A DNA stretch of 64,000 nt from Tubulanus polymorphus (taxonomy: Eukaryota > Animalia > Nemertea): NCBI RefSeq assembly GCF_964204645.1, contig NC_134027.1:16762360-16826359 (forward strand), in the 5' to 3' direction. The notes under the pieces were generated by a model, which did no database searches, was not told where the DNA came from, and was given only the letters and a program-made list of their open reading frames with translations. Position numbers and translations under genes: made by a program. Of the stretch, positions 1 to 11,655 are shown one piece after another; the first letter of the stretch is position 1, and every line of letters begins with the position of its first letter.

Positions 1-785
1 ACGTTTTCTCATCCAATATTCCCCGTATTGGAAAAATGAAAATGTCGATGCGCGAAAGCGCTCAAATCGACGGGAAAAGCTTTTTCGACCAGAAAACGTC
101 GTTCGCGCGAGAAAAGACGTTTTCTCATCAATTATTCCTCGTATCGGAAAAATGAAGACGCCTATGCGCGAAAGCGCTCAAATCGACGGGAAAGGGATTT
201 TTCGACCGGAAAACGTCGTTCAGCGCGAGAAAAGACGTTTTCTCATCAAATATTCCTCGTATCGGAAAATCGAAGACGCCTATGCGCGAAAGCGCTCAAA
301 TCGACGGGAAAAGGATTTTTCGACCGGAAAACGCCGTTAAACGCGAGAAAAGACGTTTTCTCATAAAATAATCCTCGTATCGGAAAAACGAAGACACCTA
401 TGCGCGAAAGCGCTCAAATCGACGGGAAAAGCACTTTTCGACACAAAAACGTCTTTCAGCGCGAGAAAAGAAGTTTTCTCATCAAATATTCCCCGCATCG
501 GAAAAACGAAGACGCCTATGCGCGAAAGCGCTCAAATCGACGGGAAAAGCACTTTTCGACAGAAAAACGTCGTTCAGCGCGAGAAAAGAAGTTTTCTCAT
601 CAAATATTCCCTGTATCGGAAAAACGAAGACACGCGCGAAAGCGCTCAAATCGACGGCAAAGCACTTTTCGACCGGAAAACGTCGTTCAGCGCGAGAAAA
701 GACATTTTCTCATCAAATATTCCCCGTATCGGAAAAAAGAAGACGCCTATGCGCGAAAGCGCTCAAATCGACGGGAAACCACTTT
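1..785 (+). repeat. 118-bp satellite, left array (diverged variant, orientation opposite to the right arrays)
   Basis: About 6.6 tandem copies of ...GCGCGAAAGCGCTCAAATCGACGGGAAAAGCACTTTTCGACCGGAAAACGTCGTTCAGCGCGAGAAAAGACG...; this is the reverse complement of the monomer at 20222-64000 with diagnostic substitutions. Confidence 0.95.
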
Positions 786-978
786 AGTAATAGGGGTTTA
801 GTTGTTCTAGATCAAAGGTCGAACGGTCGAGAAATTTTCCAAATGTGAAAATAACAATAATTTCTACTTGAATTAGTCGCGCACACTCCTAATTCAAGTA
901 GAAATTATTATCATTTCACATTTGGAAAATTTCTCAACCATTCAACCTTTAACCTAGAACAACTAAACCCCTATTACT
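786..978. repeat. 193-bp imperfect palindrome (terminal hairpin 1)
   Basis: AGTAATAGGGGTTTAGTTGTTCTAG...CTAGAACAACTAAACCCCTATTACT; ~90-bp arms, loop TCGCGCACACTC. Confidence 0.95.
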
Positions 979-1225
979 CTTAAAATATTCATATGCATGA
1001 ATAAAATATATATGAATAGCATTTAAATTGATAGATTATTCAATATAAAAGTGTGAGCTCTTATGGAATAGATATATAGATATATTTACAACATTATTTC
1101 AATATTTATATTTGTATGAGTTAGATTTTTAAACATTAAAAGTGTTAGTAAAGTGTGATTGAAATGATTCATATATAAATCATTGAACTTCTAAAATCAA
1201 TTTAGTAAAAAAATATGTATAATAA

Positions 1226-1879
1226 ATGGAATCAGAACAACCACAAACTATCAATATTACAAATAACACTGGCGTCATAAATATATACTACAAGAAGTGT
1301 TCTAAGTGTGAATTAGATAAATTAGCTTTAACAGAATTTAGTAAGCGTAAGATTAGCAAAGATGGTTTTCAATATTGCTGTAAAACTTGTTTTAAACTAT
1401 ATACCAAACAATACCGAGAAGATAATATAGAACATTATAATTATTATATGGCAGAATATATGAGAGAAAGATATCAAACAGATCTTAATTTTAGATTGAA
1501 ACAATGCTTAAGATCTAGATTAACACAATTATTCAACAAAGAAACACATCCAGAAACACTATCTAATTTATTGGGTTGTTCAGATGAATTCTTAAAATCA
1601 TGGAATATATTTCAATTCGATGATAAAATGAATATAGATAATTATGGGGATTATTACCATATTGATCACGTGTTGCCGATTTCTAAATTTGACATGAGTG
1701 ATGATTATAATAAGAAGCTAATCTGGAACTGGAGAAATTTAAGACCTTTAGAAAAGAAAGAAAATATAATTAAATCTAACAAACTAGATATGATATTATA
1801 TTTAGATCAACTGGATAAAGCAAAGACATTTGTTGAATTATGGAACTCAACACATAATGAAAAATACGTTGACTCTTAA
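1226..1879 (+). CDS. HNH endonuclease with N-terminal zinc ribbon (giant-virus/phage type)
   Basis: CSKC...CKTC zinc ribbon; YHIDHVLPISKFD...NWRNLRPLEKKENIIKSNK HNH core; intact 217 aa. Confidence 0.8.
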   Translation: MESEQPQTINITNNTGVINIYYKKCSKCELDKLALTEFSKRKISKDGFQYCCKTCFKLYTKQYREDNIEHYNYYMAEYMRERYQTDLNFRLKQCLRSRLTQLFNKETHPETLSNLLGCSDEFLKSWNIFQFDDKMNIDNYGDYYHIDHVLPISKFDMSDDYNKKLIWNWRNLRPLEKKENIIKSNKLDMILYLDQLDKAKTFVELWNSTHNEKYVDS

Positions 1880-2308
1880 ACGCTTAGAAAACCGGTTACT
1901 TTCGATCTATGTCAAACTGCCTATATGCAATTGTATTAGGTTAGCTGTAGGTTGTTTACAAAAACATCTGCGGCAGTTATATTCAGTTGAATGGGGTGTA
2001 CCTCATTTGAATATTGATCGAATGTGCTATTTCAGTTGAAAAGGATTAATCAATTACATCACAAAGGAACATCTGTTACAATCCAGGCAAACATGCAGAA
2101 ATAATTAGTTTGGTCGAACGTGCGCCACGTCGGTAGTTAGAAATCAACTTTCACATACATAGTACGTATTGGATATTCTCTCTCAAAACACAGTTTACAG
2201 TTCTAAATCTAAATGTAAGTACCGTTTTTTGTAGTTATTATGAAGTAGGGAAACCTTTAAACATATTTAAGTACAGTAATTCATTGTCTCGACATCTTTT
2301 AGATTAAA

Positions 2309-2776
2309 ATGGAATACAGAGATCGACCAGAAATTCCAAGTCAACCATCGGAAGAGGAACCAGAAACGATGGATAGTGAAACACAGGAATCAACAGAAAT
2401 GGAGGATAAAACTCTCGTAATTGACGAACAAACTTCACAAAAATTACAAGAACATTTGGACTATCATCAAGAAATGGTGAAAATTCTGAGTGATGTAATA
2501 CATAATAAACAATTACCGCGCGAACTACAATTACCAAAATTACCAGCAACGCGACTTAAATTGCTGTTGGGACTCAAAGAATCGAAAACTAAGAAAATGA
2601 GTGGAGATATCAGTGCCGGCTTTTAAAGAAAACTGAGAAGAGTAGGTAGATTAATAAAATATGAAAAATTCAAAATATTAGGATTAGCATTTAGTGAAGT
2701 AGTCAGATATTTACCAGAAATTGAAGAAATGATTGGAAACAATCCAGTAATTAAAGAATTCTGGACAAAATTATAA
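2309..2776 (+). pseudogene. Hypothetical protein with acidic N-terminus, probably interrupted by a premature TAA at 2624-2626
   Basis: 105-aa ORF; the same frame continues RKLRRVGRLIKYEKFKILGLAFSEVVRYLPEIEEMIGNNPVIKEFWTKL after the stop; putative 5'UTR intron at 2215-2302. Confidence 0.45.
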
Positions 2777-3138
2777 ATTATAACACTGAAGGTCTTAGAT
2801 ATCAAAAAATGTAATCTCGATTGTATATATCTGTTTTAATATTGTATTGTTTACTGTTAACTAAGTATTGCGCAATAACCGGTCCGATTGGACCGCTTTT
2901 CTATTGTTCTCCATTGTTCTATTATTGATCGCTAAAATTTACATAATAAATATATGTGTTTATGAAATAATATTTCCACCAGTCGTTTCGTTGAATTGAT
3001 TTTCAGTTGAGGATTTATTATCGAGAATCCGAAATGACTTATCAAAAGCAGCGAGGAATGAAAAAGGATGACGTTAGTCGAAGAATTGGAAGAGGATTCT
3101 AAAATGTTAATCAATTTTAATAAAAATTTGATTTATAA

Positions 3139-3354
3139 ATGGAAAGGAATGATGAATACAATAAAAAACTTATTTGGAATTGGAAAAATTTAAGACCTCT
3201 TGAAAAGAAAGAAAATAAAATAAAATCTTATAAACTAGATTTACAGTTATATTTAGAACAGTTAACAAAGGCAAAGAAATTTATTGATCAATGGAACAAT
3301 GATCCAAATAATGAACAATACGTTGAGGAATTTCATATCAAGGATCCGAAATGA
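3139..3354 (+). pseudogene. Truncated duplicate of the HNH C-terminus
   Basis: DEYNKKLIWNWKNLRPLEKKENKIKSYKLD is nearly identical to the 1226..1879 C-terminus; lacks the HIDH motif. Confidence 0.8.
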
Positions 3355-3656
3355 CTTATCTGGACAGTTATAATTACTGCTCCTAATAGATAAACAAAAA
3401 TAGTGTGATATCAAATAGAATTCAAATAAAATATATTAAAAAAACAATAACTCCAACTAGCCATTATTTCTATTTTAATTTTTAATACTATCTTTTCAAA
3501 AAAGAATACTTTATATCACAAATAAAAAATACTAAAAAACAATAACTAATACTAAAATTCTTTACCTTTAACTAAGCTAGTATTAATCTAAAGAGATGCT
3601 GGTATAATTTGAAGAATACTTATAATATTTTTTTCGCCTTTTTTTCTCCTATATAA

Positions 3657-4259
3657 ATGTCAAAGAAATCTAATAAGAATAGTATTGATATTGAAAAAAC
3701 ATTAGATGATTTGGGTATAAGTGATAATAAAGATACAGTTGTAACTAATTGTGCTCAAGTTAATTGTAATATTGATTATGAATACTATTTATATTGTAAA
3801 CACCATCTTGAATTATTAATTGCCGGTGGAAAATCTAAAGAGTTTTTAAATAGAATTATTACTTTTCAAGAATTAGACTCTATGAAACCAGATAAAGTAA
3901 TAAAATATTTTAAGATTTATGAAGAAGCTAGATTAGCTAGAATAAATGATTCTATTTCAGATGGTATTATAAAATGTTATTCTAAGTTATGTAACCGGCT
4001 AATGTCAATTGATGATGAAAATAAATTATATAGTGATTTGAAAACTGACTACTTAGTTATGACTGAATTACAAAAATGGGTTGGTTATGCTTCATTTTAA
4101 TTAGGATCGGTTATGACATTAATTTCTACTGGCGTCATAACATTTTCGAATATCAAGCCTATGGAATATAAATCAGGTAAGAACGAAACAGATGTACTAC
4201 AACCAAACGGCGAAACAGAAAATGAATCAGAACAAAAATTAACTAAAATAAATGAGTGA
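3657..4259 (+). pseudogene. Viral hypothetical protein with in-frame stop at 4098-4100
   Basis: 147-aa ORF; frame continues LGSVMTLISTGVITFSNIK... to TGA at 4259; TAAATG start. Confidence 0.55.
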
Positions 4260-4620
4260 TAGCGTTAAGAAAAAGGCTAGATCCGAGAAACAAATTAAAT
4301 GGGCAAGAAAATTAGGTAAAGGACCTTCAGAATTAAAAAAAGCTAACAAAAAGAAATTAACTGATATAAATGAATCACAGACTTTATCTGATATTGATTC
4401 AAATAACAATCCATCTAATTCTTCAAATGCTGGAAGTAATAATTACTTATATATTACAATTGGATTAGTAACAGTTATTATATTCTCAGGTGTAATATAT
4501 AAATATAAGTATGAATCTGATGAAAAAGATGATTCCAATGATAATAAACCTATCATACCAGAAAATAAATCAAATCATAAAGTCATTGAAACTAAATCTA
4601 AATTATTATTAATGGATTAA
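4252..4620 (+). CDS. Small single-pass membrane protein with basic N-terminus
   Basis: Hydrophobic YLYITIGLVTVIIFSGVIY; TAAATG start. Confidence 0.6.
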   Translation: MSDSVKKKARSEKQIKWARKLGKGPSELKKANKKKLTDINESQTLSDIDSNNNPSNSSNAGSNNYLYITIGLVTVIIFSGVIYKYKYESDEKDDSNDNKPIIPENKSNHKVIETKSKLLLMD

Positions 4621-4626
4621 AGTAAG

Positions 4627-5719
4627 ATGAAAAAAGAACAATATTTAAGAGATTTATATTATGAACCAGAAAGTGAAGTATCATATTCTAATGTTTCAGA
4701 ATTATGGGATAAAATTAAATCTGATAAGGAAAATGGTAATATAAAATATAGCGAATTAAAATCATGGTTACAAAATCAACCAACATATCAAATCCACAAG
4801 AAAATGGATAAAACTTATTTAACAAGAAAAGTTATGGTTTCATATATCGATCAACAATGGCAAGCAGATTTAATTGACATGAAGAACTTAGAAGAACACA
4901 ACAAAGGATATTTCTGGATATTAAATGTTATAGACATATTCAGTAGATACGCATGGTCAATTCCAATCAAAAATAAAGCTGGTATAGAAGTAACAAATGC
5001 TTTTAAATCTATATTTAAAGAAGCTATTCCAGATAAGATACAATTTGATGAAGGTAAAGAACTTTATAACAAACATTTTAAAAAACTATTATCTGATAAC
5101 GATGTAGACTATTTTTCAACACACTCAGATAAAAAAGCATCTATTATAGAAAGATTTGATAAAACATTGAAAACTAGAATGTGGAGATATTTTACTGCTA
5201 ATAAAAACATATAAATATATCGATGTATTAGATGATTTAGTGAAAGGTTATAATAATTCTAAACATAGTTCTATAAATATGAAACCTATACAAGCTAGAA
5301 AAGAAGATAATTCAGAAATAGTTTGGAATAATTTATATGGAGCGTTTGTAACACATGATTTCGGTGAACCTAAATTTAAAATAGGACAACACGTTAGAAT
5401 ATCTAAATATCGAAAAACATTTTATAAAGGTTATACCCCAAATTTTACAGAAGAAATATTCAAGATTAAAAAGATAATATTAACTAAACCATTTGTTTAT
5501 AAACTAGAAGATTTAAAAGATGAAGAAATATTAGGTTATTTCTATGAACAAGAATTATCACTTGTACCAAATCCAGATGAAATAGAATACAAAATAGAAA
5601 AAGTATTGAAAACAAAAACTCTTAAAGGAAAAAAGTATTCTTTGGTGAAATATAAAGGATATGATGATAAATTTAATGAATGGATTTTATCTAGTAAAAT
5701 TAAAAGAATAAATGAATAA
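4627..5719 (+). pseudogene. Retroviral-like (RVE/c-) integrase with C-terminal chromodomain, frameshifted at ~5205
   Basis: DDE motifs WQADLID, IQFDEGKEL, IIERFDKTLK; FYKGYTPNFTEEIF; chromodomain YKIEKVL...LVKYKGYDDKFNEWI; one extra A in an A-run splits it into two ORFs. Confidence 0.92.
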
Positions 5720-6323
5720 AGATTTATTTATATTTGAACCGCATAATATGTTAATAACAGGGGTAACCAATTGTGGTAAAACACATTTCATATTAGATTT
5801 GTTAGAAACTATTTATAAGAATCATTTTGATAATATAATATTATTCTGTCCTACTTATGAATTGAATAAAACATATAATAGAGATATAGTTAAGATAAAA
5901 AAGTTTATTATATTAAATCCTAAAACAGTAAAAGAAAATTTAGATAATTGTATAAAAATAGCAATTGATACTTATAAAGGATCAAATTCATTATTCATTA
6001 TAGATGATTGCGCAAATTTACATGATTCAAAAGTGAGAGAATGTGAGTTATGTTATTTAGCTTTCTCTGGGAGACATTTTGGGATAACAATATGTGTTTT
6101 AAATCAAAAATATAATTCAATTGTTAAAGACTTTAGGGAGAATATAAGATTTCTAGTTTTATTTTATAACAAAGATAAAAAATCTATGCAACAATCATTG
6201 GAAGAAAATCAAATTATACCTACTGAATTACATGATGAATATATGAATAAATTAAAGAATAATAAAGGTTCAAAATTATTACTGAGACTACAATTTCCAT
6301 ATGAATATAAATTTATAAAATAA
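5712..6323 (+). CDS. A32/FtsK-HerA-like DNA packaging ATPase
   Basis: Walker A GVTNCGKT, Walker B LFIIDD, SGRHFGI and NQKY motifs. Confidence 0.9.
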   Translation: MNKDLFIFEPHNMLITGVTNCGKTHFILDLLETIYKNHFDNIILFCPTYELNKTYNRDIVKIKKFIILNPKTVKENLDNCIKIAIDTYKGSNSLFIIDDCANLHDSKVRECELCYLAFSGRHFGITICVLNQKYNSIVKDFRENIRFLVLFYNKDKKSMQQSLEENQIIPTELHDEYMNKLKNNKGSKLLLRLQFPYEYKFIK

Positions 6324-6670
6324 CTATTTATATATCTATGTATCTAATACGTATTAAATACGTATTAGATACGTATTAGATACCTTAAATACTTAAAACC
6401 CCCTTTTTAAAATAAATATTATTTATACAATTTTCAACCAATTTATTTTTTCAACTAATATATGAATAAGTTTGAAAATATTAAAGGTTATTTATTATTA
6501 CTGAGGTTTCAATATAAATTTTAAAAAAAATAATTTAAAGTATTTTCAAATAATACGTATTAAATACGTATTAGATATGTATTAGATATGTATTAGATAT
6601 GTATTAGATACCTTAATACTTAAAACCCCCTTTTTTATTTACAATTATTTTATACAATTTTCAACCAATA
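6240..6670. repeat. ~220-bp degenerate tandem duplication with internal 11-bp repeats between the convergent gene blocks
   Basis: TAATACGTATTAAATAC(GTATTAGATAY)n...AAAACCCCCTTTTT...ATACAATTTTCAACCAAT occurs twice; the second unit begins with a decayed copy of the ATPase 3' end. Confidence 0.8.
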
Positions 6671-6700
6671 TTATTATTTGAGTCAAATATAATTAATATC

Positions 6701-7493
6701 TTAATCACTTTCATCGTCACTCTCCAATTCACTATCATACCCCATCAATTTATTCAAATGCTCTACCGAATCTACATAATTGGTTGTTTTATAGTTATGC
6801 TTATTCATCCAATCAAATTTATCATTATTTTCTACTTTATGTTTCATAGAATCTTTATTATCAATATGCTTATCTGTAACTATATTTTCATTATCATCTT
6901 TCTTAGTGTTTGACCTTAATATTGTATTTACAATGCTTGATTCTAATATTTTTTTTAGCAGCAGATAAATCTTATTCATCATTACTAGGTTCCTTAGATA
7001 AAACTTCACCTAATAAATCTTCATATAAATCTTTACCATCTACTTTTTTATTTGAAACAAACTTTGTAACATAATTAAATGGGTGTTCTATAAATTCTCT
7101 TAAACCAACACGATCTATTACATTAATAATATGTGAATTTGTATTCATATGATTATTCCAATTTGATGGAGCGTTTGAAAATTCACCTTTACAATAATCA
7201 CAATAATTTCTATTTTCACTAACATTTAATATTATTGCATTATTAGATGTAGAAGGTATTACATTATTAGATGTAGAAGGTATTACATTATTAGATGTAG
7301 AAGGTATTACATTACTTAAATTATCAACAACTTCACTTTTATTATTATCGATTTCTATTAGTTTAGTTTTATAAATTTTGAAAATAGGATCAAATATCAA
7401 AGCTATATTACAAGGTATTACATAATATAAACCATCATTATTTTCATGTGTATCGATGTATGGAATATGTTTATATACTTTACCTCCTTCCAT
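6701..7493 (-). CDS. Hypothetical protein(s) with C2H2-type zinc finger and 8-aa repeat (ORFs 6972..7493 and 6701..7009, possibly one frameshifted gene)
   Basis: CDYCKGEFSNAPSNWNNHMNTNSH; NVIPSTSN x3; acidic C-terminus. Confidence 0.5.
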
Positions 7494-7525
7494 TTATTAT
7501 ATAAATTTTTATTAAAGTTAAAATT

Positions 7526-8770
7526 TTAATACATAACACTATTTAATTGAGAATTTACAATATTTAATTGCGCGTCAGATATAATATAAATGTGCATTTT
7601 AAAATTTTTGATTCCTTTATTCTTTGTCATGAATAATTGTATTCCATCTTTAGTGTTTTGTAGTTTTTTCAAGTAATGTAATGAATTATCCTCTGTTGTT
7701 CTAAAATCTAACCATAATGCATATGTATTACCGGTATAATAATCAATTTGATTAATATTACAATTTTCAGATGATTTCACTTTTTCATTCATAAAATGTT
7801 TTCTAATTTCTGGCCATTGATCTATCATTCTCATTCCTTGACAAAATATTTTATTTGCTATTCCTTCGATAGTTATTTCTACTTTTGTTATTTCAGGATT
7901 ATAATAATTATCAACATTTATTGCGCCATTAGTATATGTTGCAATGGTAAAAAATATTAATATACCTTTAATAGATCTTCTTGGGAAGTTAATATTCTCA
8001 TTAATTATTTCATCATTTGCATTAATAGTTACAGTTTTAAATTTATCAATATAATCATATAATAATGAAAATCCTTGATTGTATTTAGTTTGAATTATAC
8101 TTGAAATATTTTCATCAGTTACTGTATCATATTCTAAACATATATTCGATAATTTATAACTCATATCTTTATTAACGCTAGATATTACAATTTCATTAAC
8201 AGGAGCAAATGTTATTTCGAATATAACGTCTTCTTGAATTGCGTATTTATATAAAGGTGCATTATTATTTATCAATTCAAAGTCTAATGGAATTTTATAT
8301 TTGCTTCCATATATACTTTTTATCAATTTATCTATAGCATTAGTTAATATTGCATTATGTGCTTCTGATCTTAATTTATTTTGGTTTTCTGATTGGATGC
8401 CTTGAAATATCATATTATTTCTGTTTTCTTTAGTTAACCATAAATCTTTATAATGCATAAATAAATTATAATCATCTAATGAGCAAACTGTTTCCGGACC
8501 AATCTTTATTGTTAATTTTTTAATCAAATATCTTCCAACATTATCAACAACATAATTATTATTATTACCGGTTACTTTTATATCGGCTGATAAATAAATA
8601 CTATTTGGAACATAAAAAGTATTTTGTGTTAATCGAGGGATTCTAACATATAAAGTTTCATCGGGATTAATATTAGAAGGGTTATGAGTAATAATATGAT
8701 GTGATCTTTCTGCTTTAATAGCATTAGATATTCTATGATTCTCAGAAGGATTGATATAACTCCCACTCAT
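7526..8770 (-). CDS. Major capsid protein (double jelly-roll), putative
   Basis: 414 aa, beta-rich; GRYLIKKLTIKIG, YKIPLDF, LSNICLEYD, ININFPRRSIKGILIFF patterns resemble Polinton-type MCPs; size and position fit. Confidence 0.75.
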   Translation of the reverse strand: MSGSYINPSENHRISNAIKAERSHHIITHNPSNINPDETLYVRIPRLTQNTFYVPNSIYLSADIKVTGNNNNYVVDNVGRYLIKKLTIKIGPETVCSLDDYNLFMHYKDLWLTKENRNNMIFQGIQSENQNKLRSEAHNAILTNAIDKLIKSIYGSKYKIPLDFELINNNAPLYKYAIQEDVIFEITFAPVNEIVISSVNKDMSYKLSNICLEYDTVTDENISSIIQTKYNQGFSLLYDYIDKFKTVTINANDEIINENINFPRRSIKGILIFFTIATYTNGAINVDNYYNPEITKVEITIEGIANKIFCQGMRMIDQWPEIRKHFMNEKVKSSENCNINQIDYYTGNTYALWLDFRTTEDNSLHYLKKLQNTKDGIQLFMTKNKGIKNFKMHIYIISDAQLNIVNSQLNSVMY

Positions 8771-8790
8771 TAATTCAACAAAAAAATTAA

Positions 8791-10244
8791 TTATTTATTT
8801 TTTATCATGTTTACTAATCCAAAAATAATTGCACTTACAACTGTAATTAAAAATAAAATAATATGGTCAGCAGCAAAGTTAATAATGTTTCCTGCAGATT
8901 TCAATATAAAACCAACAATTGATGCAATAACTCCTGGCAATGCTGCAGCAGATTTTTTAGATAGTTCCCATAAATATTTTGCTAATTTCTTTAAACCATC
9001 TTTAACTTTATCTTGTATAGAATTATTACCTGGGGGCTTATCCGGTTTATTTGGAGTAGGAGTAGATTTTAAAACATTTGATATTGCTAAACCAATTGTT
9101 GTAAATAACATAGTTACAGATGTTAGAATTGAAAGAATTGTTATTCCTTCTAATTTAAATAACAATTTTATTCTATCTTTCAATGATATTTCAGAATCTG
9201 GTTTCATCAACAAATCTTTAAAAATAACTTTTAATCTATTTATATTATAATCATATGATTTTAATAATAATTTAATTTCTTCTTTTTGTAATTCTATGTT
9301 ATATTCTAAATCATCTTTTTCTTTTTCTAAACGTAATTCTTTTTGCCAATATTCTATTTTATCAATTACTTGATGGTCTAAATCAGACTTTAATTGTTCT
9401 ATTTCTTTATTTTTACCAGTTAATTCTTTTTCTAAAGTTCTAATTTTAAAATCTCTTATACTTTATCATGCGCAATTTTATCAGATGCAAGTCTTATACT
9501 TTTAATTTCTCTAATTGCTTCATCAGAAAATATATTATTTAAATCTTCTAATTGTTGATCCGTTGCATCAATTAATCCATTCGGTAAAAGTTCTTCAATT
9601 GGAACTTTATTTGATTTAAGTTTACTAGTTTTGGAATTTATATTCTGTTCAGAGTTTCTTTCTGGTTCTAAATTATTATCGATTGTTTCAAATAATTTAT
9701 TAATTCTTTGTTTAAATACTCTTTCATTTTTGATAATTTCTTCTTGTGTTACATCTTCTGGTTCATTACTATTTCTTATTCTTTTAATTCTAGATAGGTC
9801 TAACTTAAGCAAAGTTGATTCTGCTAATATTTTGTCTTTTTTTTTATAAGAGATATCAATATAATAATCATCTTTCAAACGATAATAATATTCACCATCT
9901 AAAAACTTTAATTCTTGTATTAAAAGTCTAGCGCCTCTGGCATTTATATTATATCCAGAATCTTTAAATACAGGTTGGAATTTAAACATAGATTCTTTAT
10001 ATTCTAAATCTTGTCTTGATAAACCTTGATTTTCATTTTCAGGATTTATTCTCGATCTAGTTCTTCTATCAAATTCATCTGTTGATGGACCTTTAGAACC
10101 ACTATCTGCTAAATTAGAATTATATGCTGATTCATCATCATTATCAATATTAGTTTCTGCATCATTATAATCATCATCAATATATCCCTCATTATTATTT
10201 CCCATTTCTCCCATTTCATAATCTTCTCCACCTTCTACATCCAT
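8791..10244 (-). pseudogene. Acidic/coiled-coil protein with C-terminal hydrophobic helices, frameshifted at ~9456
   Basis: ORFs 9456..10244 and 8791..9213 are joined by an open coiled-coil frame (RTLEKELTGKNKEIEQLK...); C-terminal GITILSILTSVTMLFTTIGLAI and HIILFLITVVSAIIFGLV. Confidence 0.6.
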
Positions 10245-10259
10245 TTACATAATAAAAAA

Positions 10260-11647
10260 TTAAAATTTGAAATATAATATTCCTCCGATTACAATTCCTA
10301 TACAAGTTATAGCTAATTTAGTATTTTCATGGGATTTATTATCATCATTTAGTGATAATTATTTCATGTTGAATATTATCAGTTCTAATATTTTCTGATG
10401 TATTGTAATCTTTTATTTTAGAATCATTATTTAATTTAATATTCTTAGTTTTAGTTTCTGTTGATTGAATATGTTTTTTATTTTTTTCACCTTCCATTAA
10501 TTTTGGAGCAGTAATAATCTTTTTATTTATATCATTTAATCCAAATGAATTATTTATTGTTGCAGTTTTAATTAGATTATTGTAACCAATTATGTTTCCC
10601 AGCTTTAATACTAAATCATTAGAAATAATGAATAGATTAGGGCCTATACAATAATTTAATGTAATATGTGATTTATCTAAATAATTTTGATATTTTACAA
10701 TGTTTTCTGGAATCGATCTATTTTTATCATTATGAATTGAATCTTCAAATAATACTTTGAATTGTTTCTGTGTATCAAATGATGTATTTAAATTTCCAAT
10801 TATTGGATCTTGTTTCAACTTGTGCACCTAAAATACATATCAAATAAGTTCTAATAGATTGATTTATTCTTTCTATACCTGATTTAGTAAAACCTTCACT
10901 ATTTTCTAAAATAAAATAAACCCAACCATTATTGTTTTCTTGTTTTAAATGATCATAAAATTTCGGTAATTTATTGAAATCTAATGTTTCTAAATCCTTA
11001 ATTTCTATTTTACCATAACCTAATTTATTATTATAGATATTATAAAAACTATTAGATGGTATGGGAAGTGCACAATATTCTGCAATCTTTTTAGGGAAGG
11101 AAGTGATCTTATTGTTCCAATTTTTGTTCTAAAATCAGAATTATTTATATCTATATTAAATTCATTACAAATTTTATAAATCTTTGATAAATTAATATTA
11201 TTATCTAATTCTTTAAAATATCTAGATCCTGGTAAAGCGCACTCTAATTCATTTAATATTGTTCTGATTTGAAAGTATGTATGAAATCTAAATAAACTTT
11301 GAATTAATTTATATTTAGAATTATTCAAATGATCATTCCAACTAATTCCACAACCTGTTGTTGCACAATAAACAGCAAAAATTTAATTGGTTCTGCCAAT
11401 ACTTCATATTAGATTTTAATAACCATTGTTTTTCATCTTTCAATTCTTTAAAATTAATTAAATATACATGAAATATATTTTCCATCTTTGCATTAAAATT
11501 ATTAGTTTTAGTAACATAAATTTCTAAATTAGTTAATCAATCTAAAACTTCATTTCTATATGTAATATCTTTATTAAAATCTATTGCTGGAATATTATAT
11601 TTAATTGATTTATTATATTGGAAAGCTTTTGGAAAACTATCTACCAT
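10260..11647 (-). pseudogene. Viral hypothetical protein with C-terminal membrane anchor, several frameshifts
   Basis: ORFs 11020..11328 and 10345..10827 plus off-frame pieces FAVYCATTGCGISWNDHL and LAITCIGIVIGGILYFKF*; TAAATG start at 11647. Confidence 0.55.
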
Positions 11648-11655
11648 TTATATAA

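Noticed and set aside
5195-5245. Programmed frameshift in the integrase
   Set aside because: A single extra A in a homopolymer within an element with many other lesions; decay or sequencing error is more likely.
8807-9849. Plus-strand ORFs 8807..9250 and 9631..9849, and similar antisense ORFs over the LINE and gag
   Set aside because: Shadows of real genes on the opposite strand, with no motifs.
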